Part shown: positions 62,827 to 64,000 of the stretch, piece after piece
How positions within the stretch are numbered: position 1 is the first letter of the stretch
Layout of the letters: every line of letters starts with the position of its first letter
Source: Octopus sinensis
Taxonomy: Eukaryota
Length of the DNA: 64,000 bases
Reading direction: 5' to 3'
Assembly (NCBI RefSeq): GCF_006345805.1
Contig: NC_043011.1
Coordinates: 41,490,464 to 41,554,463, forward strand
The notes under the pieces: generated by a model
What the model was told of the DNA's origin: nothing
Database searches by the model: none
Seen by the model: the letters and a program-made list of their open reading frames with translations, nothing else
Made by a program: the position numbers and the translations under genes

Positions 62827-64000
62827 CATGTGTGTGTTTTGCATAGTAGAAATGAATTATGTGTAAAGTAGTTTCCAAAATGGCTATACTAAATTCACTC
62901 AACGTCTTAATTCGCCGAAAGGTGTGTCTAAGGGGGTGGGAGCGAGCGATATTGCGTGTGAGTGTGTGAATGTGTGTCTGTGAGAGAGTGTAAGAGACTG
63001 ATTGTGTAGCTATGAGTATATATATAAATATATATATGTATGTGTGTGTGTGTGTATGTATATATGTATATACATATATAGCATATAATATATATATAAA
63101 TACACATACATACATACACACACACACATATATATATATATGCATACATTCCACACAAAAGTATATAACCTATGTAGTGCACAAATATCATGTAGCGTAT
63201 GCATATATATTCCGTACATATAATTTCTGTGTATACATACAAGCATACATACATATTTCGTTTATATATATATTATATAGTGTACACTAACTAGATTTAC
63301 ATGCATAGATGCACACACACCACACATATATATATATACACACGCATATATGTATGTGATATATATGCATTGCATACATAATATGTATACATTATATAGG
63401 GTATATATTGGCGTTATGCATGGAATATATGTATAATATGTATGTATATATACATCTAGTACATGTGATTATGTATATATATACATATACATGAATATAC
63501 AATACACACACACATATATATATATATATACATGTATGTGTACATACATATATGTATATATACATATCTGTGTGTGTGTGTGTGTGTGAGATCTAAATAT
63601 ACACATTATACTTATGTAATATCTATATATATATATGCTGCATATATAATACACACACACATGTATAAATACATGTTATGATACATAATGCATCTGTTGA
63701 GGTCGACTTTCATCCTTTTGCGGGGTCGATAAATTAAGTACCAGTTGCGTACTGAGGTCGATCTAATCAACTGGCCCCCTCCCCCAAAATTTCGAGCCTT
63801 GTGCCTAGAGTAGAAAAGATTATATCTATATTATATATTACATATCTGTGTACATGTATAATATATATATATCTTATATGTGTAATATATTGTGTGAATT
63901 ATACATATGATATACCTTATGTATGTATAATATTTACTATACTGTTATATACACACAAAAGCTTCTGCTTAAAGGAAAACTTTTTAAACAATTCTAATAT

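Overview
Eukaryotic, AT-rich, repeat-saturated DNA. The SINE/LINE/microsatellite make-up points to a cephalopod, most likely Octopus (inference). I recognise no intact protein-coding gene; most long ORFs are microsatellite or SINE artefacts. Main content: (1) a young, full-length minus-strand Ty3/Gypsy LTR retrotransposon of the CsRn1/Kabuki type (29184-34223) with 417/418-bp LTRs, TTAT TSD, tRNA-Trp PBS, PPT and a -1 frameshift signal; (2) a Penelope-like element (RT + GIY-YIG, Hydra-clade-like) with an inverted 5' pseudo-LTR; (3) three hammerhead ribozyme motifs with intact cores and about four near-intact ones, from several unrelated repeat families and mostly next to (TA)n microsatellites; (4) mariner, maT/DD37D, Merlin-like, piggyBac-like, Helitron and Helentron elements; (5) RTE, CR1 and R4-like LINE fragments, three or four SINE families and a tRNA-Phe pseudogene; (6) two tentative minus-strand exon chains that may be degraded host genes. 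Coordinates were read by eye and may be off by a few bases.
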